NCBI GenBank assembly: GCA_026388185.1
Contig: JAPLKG010000014.1
Span: 276,319-340,318 of the forward strand
DNA from: Candidatus Eiseniibacteriota bacterium
Lineage (GTDB): Bacteria > Eisenbacteria > RBG-16-71-46 > JAFGJU01
Direction of reading: 5' to 3'
Length of the DNA stretch: 64,000 nucleotides
Position 1 is the stretch's first letter; each line of letters opens with the position of its first letter. Both the position numbers and the translations under genes were made by a program. Below, piece after piece: positions 60,220-64,000 of the stretch. A model generated the notes under the pieces. The model was not told the origin of the DNA, searched no databases, and saw nothing but the letters and a program-made list of their open reading frames with translations.

Positions 60220-61374
60220 CTATCTGAAAAGCGCCTTGATCTTGCCCCAGGTGGTGGGCAGTACAGATGTGGGACCGCAGCCGACACCCAAGGCGCCTAC
60301 CTGTCCACAACCAGGATGATTTGCGCAGGGCGAGGTACAGTTGATGTGGTAGTCCCCAGCAGCAGGATCACAAAAGAGAGGGTTTGCCGAGAAATCTTCA
60401 GACACCGACGTGCACGTATAGTAGTTTCCACGGCTGTTGTTCCATACGTCATTGCAGTGCAGTGTGGGTGACGATGAATGGGGCTGGGCGCAATCTATCC
60501 CGTACCATTCACTGCCAATCACGATATTGTTCTCCAGAAGTGGCGAGGCAGAATCAAGGGCAATGCCGACCTGGTTGTTGACTATCGTGTTACTATGCAC
60601 AGTTGGCGATGAATAGCTTATGTAGACACCATAACCCGTTCCGTCTACGATCAGATTCTCGTAGACTTCTGCCTGTGATGAAGCCCTGCACGAAACGCCG
60701 CCTGAACCATCCCTCATGATATTCCTGCGTACAACCGGAGAGCTACCTTGACAGGCAACCGCCATATCCTCGTTCCCGATGAACTCGTTGTTCTCAATGA
60801 CAGCCTGCGAAGTCAGACAATAAATCCCAGATCCATCAACGCTGCCGTACTCTGGCCATCCGCCCGTGTTGTTGCTTATTGTATTGCCGGAAACATATAG
60901 AACCGAAGCAGCATCAGCGGCTATGCCGCCCCCGGAGTTGTCCGTAATGACGTTGTCAATGATCTGAACATCTGAAGATTCACAGAAGATCCCACTCCCG
61001 GCATTGTTGGGCCAGTAATACCCAGAATACTGACCGTTGGTTATCGTAAGCCCTCGTATTACACCCGTGGCCGGAACATTGGTGCAATGGATAGCTCTGT
61101 GAAAGTCCCCGCCATGAATGCTGGTAACCGCGGTACCTTGTTCGCTAATTAGGGCGATGTTCTTTCCAGATATGGTCAAGGGCCCATAGTAATAGGGCTC
61201 ATAGTAATCACCCGGACCGACAAGGACTGTGTCGCCTGCAGCAGCAGAATCGATGCACGCCTGAATGGTCGTGCAATCCCCACTTCCATCCTGCCTCACA
61301 AGCCACGTGCGGGCGTCAGAGGCAACGGGGATGAGCAAGAGAAGAGAGAACAGAAGGAGGATGATAGCTCTCAT
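60220..61374 (-). CDS. Secreted right-handed beta-helix protein with TWGKIKALFR C-terminus
   Basis: Signal peptide, DGSGDCTTIQACID, PbH1-like repeats, NPLFCDP...SPC. Confidence 0.85.
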   Translation of the reverse strand: MRAIILLLFSLLLLIPVASDARTWLVRQDGSGDCTTIQACIDSAAAGDTVLVGPGDYYEPYYYGPLTISGKNIALISEQGTAVTSIHGGDFHRAIHCTNVPATGVIRGLTITNGQYSGYYWPNNAGSGIFCESSDVQIIDNVITDNSGGGIAADAASVLYVSGNTISNNTGGWPEYGSVDGSGIYCLTSQAVIENNEFIGNEDMAVACQGSSPVVRRNIMRDGSGGVSCRASSQAEVYENLIVDGTGYGVYISYSSPTVHSNTIVNNQVGIALDSASPLLENNIVIGSEWYGIDCAQPHSSSPTLHCNDVWNNSRGNYYTCTSVSEDFSANPLFCDPAAGDYHINCTSPCANHPGCGQVGALGVGCGPTSVLPTTWGKIKALFR

Positions 61375-61596
61375 ATCGCTTTCGACCTCGCTTTCTGCCT
61401 GTCACAGACGAGCTCAGGGAAAACAAGAGGAAAGAGATCTTGTAAGCTAATCAATACGAGGAACTGTCTAAGGTTAGACTATCACATCTTGCCGCTTCGC
61501 GCAATCCCTTTCGATAACCCACCGAGAGCATGCAACCTGTTCTCAGTATGTGGGAAGGGAACACCTCGGGACCAGACGGCTCACATCCACTCTAAT

Positions 61597-61626
61597 GGTT
61601 CGCAAATCGTACAACTTGAGGAGCCA
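61597..61626 (+). repeat. att-like site 5 (30 bp)
   Basis: GGTTCGCAAATCGTACAACTTGAGGAGCCA. Confidence 0.7.
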
Positions 61627-61700
61627 CAACTCTTCTGTATTCCGCAGCCCAAACGCCTCAACCTCAAGTCCCCGTCGTTGGACCCGGCCGTACAGCAAAT

Positions 61701-62183
61701 TCACTCTTCCAGCAGATTCCCGAATCTCGACTGTCTCTGAGGGGCTTTCGCTCTGATGAGGCTTGAGACTTTCTCAACGAACTCCTCGGCCACCGCGATA
61801 GAATGAGTCGCTTCTTTCAGCGAACAAGGTATGCCGGGTTCATAGATGAACCTGTGACGTTTTCGCCTCATGAAATCATAATCGTTCACAAGTTTCCTAG
61901 ACTCGTCTCCTAGAATCGAACCCGCAAATCTCACTATTGTCAAGTGCTTGTCCTTGATTTCCGGTCTAAACCCGTCGCTGAACATCAGACCCAGTCCCAT
62001 TCTCAACATGGCATTGTAAGCATAGTTGTAAGCACATTCCGGATCCTCTCGCAGGTTTCTCTTAGCAGTTCTCAGATCAGTGCGGGCGCGCTTCATTAGC
62101 TTGGCTACTGTCCTTTGGTCTACAGGACACCTCTTGATCAATCCGTCCTTTTCAAGGGGTTTCTCAGAATGTCTAGAGCTCAT
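61701..62183 (-). CDS. HEPN-domain protein, copy 2
   Basis: 9 substitutions in 160 aa relative to copy 1 (counted by eye). Confidence 0.85.
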   Translation of the reverse strand: MSSRHSEKPLEKDGLIKRCPVDQRTVAKLMKRARTDLRTAKRNLREDPECAYNYAYNAMLRMGLGLMFSDGFRPEIKDKHLTIVRFAGSILGDESRKLVNDYDFMRRKRHRFIYEPGIPCSLKEATHSIAVAEEFVEKVSSLIRAKAPQRQSRFGNLLEE

Positions 62184-62748
62184 CCTCTTTCCCCACCAAC
62201 ATTATCTTTGGAGCGGTCAAGACCTCTTCGATGAAACCGCTCGCGACTCTTTTCTTCGCCCGGTATTCTTGCAGAGAGTAGATTGTTGGGTTGATTTCTC
62301 TCCGGAGTTTTTTCTCCAATTCCGCAATCTTCTCGTTCAACACGGAGATGTTGGGATTCCCGATTATCATCAAATCGATGTCGCTGGTCGCTTTTTCTCG
62401 ACCCGAAGCGAATGATCCATAAATGAAGGCCAGCCTTATGTTCTTGAAAGATGATAACGTTTTTCTTGCTGCCCCTTCAACACCAACAGTCTTAGAGACT
62501 ATGGCCTTCAGTTCCTTGAATAGGGGATGTCTAGTATCGAGAGAGTAGTAAAGCAGGCTTCCGACTCTGTGGGTGACGAATAAGTTATCCCTCTGAAATC
62601 TTAAGAGCTCTCTTCTTATGTTGCCCGCAGAGTAACCCAGGATGCGCTCAAGCTGTCGCAGATAGTATCTCTGGGACGGATTGCTGAAGAAAATGGACAG
62701 CAAGTCTTGTCTAATTCTTGACTTCGTTATATATAGCGTTTCTAACAT
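62173..62748 (-). CDS. wHTH plus MNT, copy 2
   Basis: YGSFASG...SDIDL; ATG 62748 after AGGAG. Confidence 0.9.
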   Translation of the reverse strand: MLETLYITKSRIRQDLLSIFFSNPSQRYYLRQLERILGYSAGNIRRELLRFQRDNLFVTHRVGSLLYYSLDTRHPLFKELKAIVSKTVGVEGAARKTLSSFKNIRLAFIYGSFASGREKATSDIDLMIIGNPNISVLNEKIAELEKKLRREINPTIYSLQEYRAKKRVASGFIEEVLTAPKIMLVGKEDEL

Positions 62749-63081
62749 CGTCGAACTCCTTTTTGAGTACAATTGTACTCAGTATTGGATACAGCGGCAA
62801 GTCTTATCTAACCCCAGCCTTTGTACCGAAGTGGACTGTGCGACGAGCGTCCAAGGGCGGCATTCCAGATTGCACCACTGTCTGGTATTCGGAAGCCGCG
62901 GTGAGCCCTTCTGGCAATCAAGGCTGGACGACATCTGGCACGATCCGGCCAGGAAGACAGTTTGGAGGCGAGTTTATCCAAGCAGCACACACTTTCGCTG
63001 GTACTCGATCCGGTGACGCCTGATGTCCCAGTTCGCATAGACGACTCGGAAGCACGGGGCAGATTCGCGAGTCTCTTCTGC

Positions 63082-63111
63082 AGTTCGAATACTGGCACAT
63101 CTGGGGAGCCT
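63082..63111 (+). repeat. att-like site 6 (30 bp)
   Basis: AGTTCGAATACTGGCACATCTGGGGAGCCT. Confidence 0.75.
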
Positions 63112-63288
63112 GCCGCGGCGACGGGGCCTGTTGCATCCACGCTCGCTCCTGTGACTACCGCCTCGGGCCACCAAAGCAAGAGGAGCCAGCGCTTGGCCAG
63201 TCCATCGGTTGTGCTTAGTCTCTTGCCCAATCAGCAAGAGCCTCTATCTTCGCACACAAAAATACACTTGGTTTGTGCGGTATCTCTA

Positions 63289-64000
63289 TCAGCGCGTCAG
63301 CACTATCTTCCGCGCTTCCTTATGACCCCCGAAGTTGAGCTGAACGAAATACACTCCCGCCGGAAGCTTCGTCCCACGCGCACCCTTTCCATCCCAGTTC
63401 ACCATGTGCTGGCCAGCATCCTCCTCACCATCTCTGAGAACCGCTACCTGCCTACCTGCCACGTCATAAACGACTAACCGCACATGCCCACGCTCTGGCA
63501 ACGTGTACCCCAGGTGCGTCAATGCCTCAAACGGATTCGGCGCACCGCGACCGAGCAACAAGGCACCAGGAACTGCCCCTCCGCCTTCAACACCGACCAC
63601 GGTTCCAGTCCGCACATCCGCCTCCGTCACACAGTTGTACGGCAACGAAAACCACGGGGAACGCGGGAAAAACGGCGAATCCGTCAACGTGCGAAGCCGC
63701 CAGTGATACATTATGTTTGACGTAAGACCAGTCACCACCTTGGAGAGACCCACCACGCTGCCGCCACCTCCAGGAATTCCCGTGTTGTACGCCGAACCCG
63801 TAACGAGCCCGCTACCGTTGAACGGCGTCCCCAGCGGCTTCACCTCGCACTGGAGCCGCACATTGCCACGACCTAAGGGGGTGCGACCCACGGCTTTCAA
63901 GAGGAAACCATCAGCCGAGCCGGACAGACCCAGTAGCGCGATAGGCGCCGAGTCGTCGGTTCGCGCCTGGCGGGCGATGCGATGGAGCCCATCACCTTCG
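63289..64000 (-). CDS. C-terminal part of a secreted protein with FlgD-Ig-like domain (5'-partial)
   Basis: Frame open to the window edge (EGDGLHRIARQAR...); APNPF...YDVAGRQV...WDGKG...AGVYF...KIVLTR. Confidence 0.85.
   Translation of the reverse strand, partial: EGDGLHRIARQARTDDSAPIALLGLSGSADGFLLKAVGRTPLGRGNVRLQCEVKPLGTPFNGSGLVTGSAYNTGIPGGGGSVVGLSKVVTGLTSNIMYHWRLRTLTDSPFFPRSPWFSLPYNCVTEADVRTGTVVGVEGGGAVPGALLLGRGAPNPFEALTHLGYTLPERGHVRLVVYDVAGRQVAVLRDGEEDAGQHMVNWDGKGARGTKLPAGVYFVQLNFGGHKEARKIVLTR

Larger units (their letters stand above)
61620..63108. repeat. 1.49-kb MNT-HEPN module, copy 2
   Basis: Collinear with 54627-56117. Confidence 0.92.
54480..64000. mobile_element. Accessory island: cargo modules delimited by six related att-like sites
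   Basis: Sites at 54609, 56091, 57578, 60185, 61597 and 63082; TA/defence-type cargo; homology breakpoints inside the sites; no integrase in the window. Confidence 0.7.

Noticed and set aside
54609-63111. CRISPR array or classical integron reading of the repeated sites
   Set aside because: Spacing is kilobases and there are no cas genes; the sites lack attC RYYYAAC/GTTRRRY boxes and hairpins, and there is no intI.

Overview
Bacterial chromosomal window. Secreted proteins ending in FlgD-Ig/T9SS-like domains or a 'TWGxIKxx(Y/F)R' tail suggest an FCB-adjacent candidate phylum such as Ca. Eisenbacteria or Krumholzibacteriota (inference). Left to right: two large secreted proteins (one an ORF of at least 1325 aa absent from the supplied track); a soluble, degenerate FtsH paralogue; an iscS-dsrE-tusA sulfur relay divergent from a nikR-nikMNQO operon; a histidine kinase plus sigma54 activator followed by a sigma54 promoter and an IPTL-CTERM protein; nadE; an extended SOS/repair cluster (lexA with a Fibrobacter-type box, DUF6504, dinB, tcmP, DUF5131, HEPN-like gene, DUF72, mrfA/mrfB-like genes); thiL; tRNA-Met-tilS-ftsH-folE-folP-cdaA; guaB. 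The most striking feature is at about 54.5-64 kb. Cargo modules, mostly 1.4-1.5 kb (two MNT-HEPN copies, an AAA/DUF4143 ATPase, Doc plus HTH, an AbiEi-like gene, secreted proteins), are separated by six related 25/30-bp sites (GGTTCG...GGGGAG(C/G)CA) resembling a tRNA-Asn 3' end. Homology between repeated modules breaks inside the GGAG core of these sites. This looks like a recombinase-shuffled cassette array, although no integrase or intact target tRNA is in the window. All calls were made by eye; no database searches were run.
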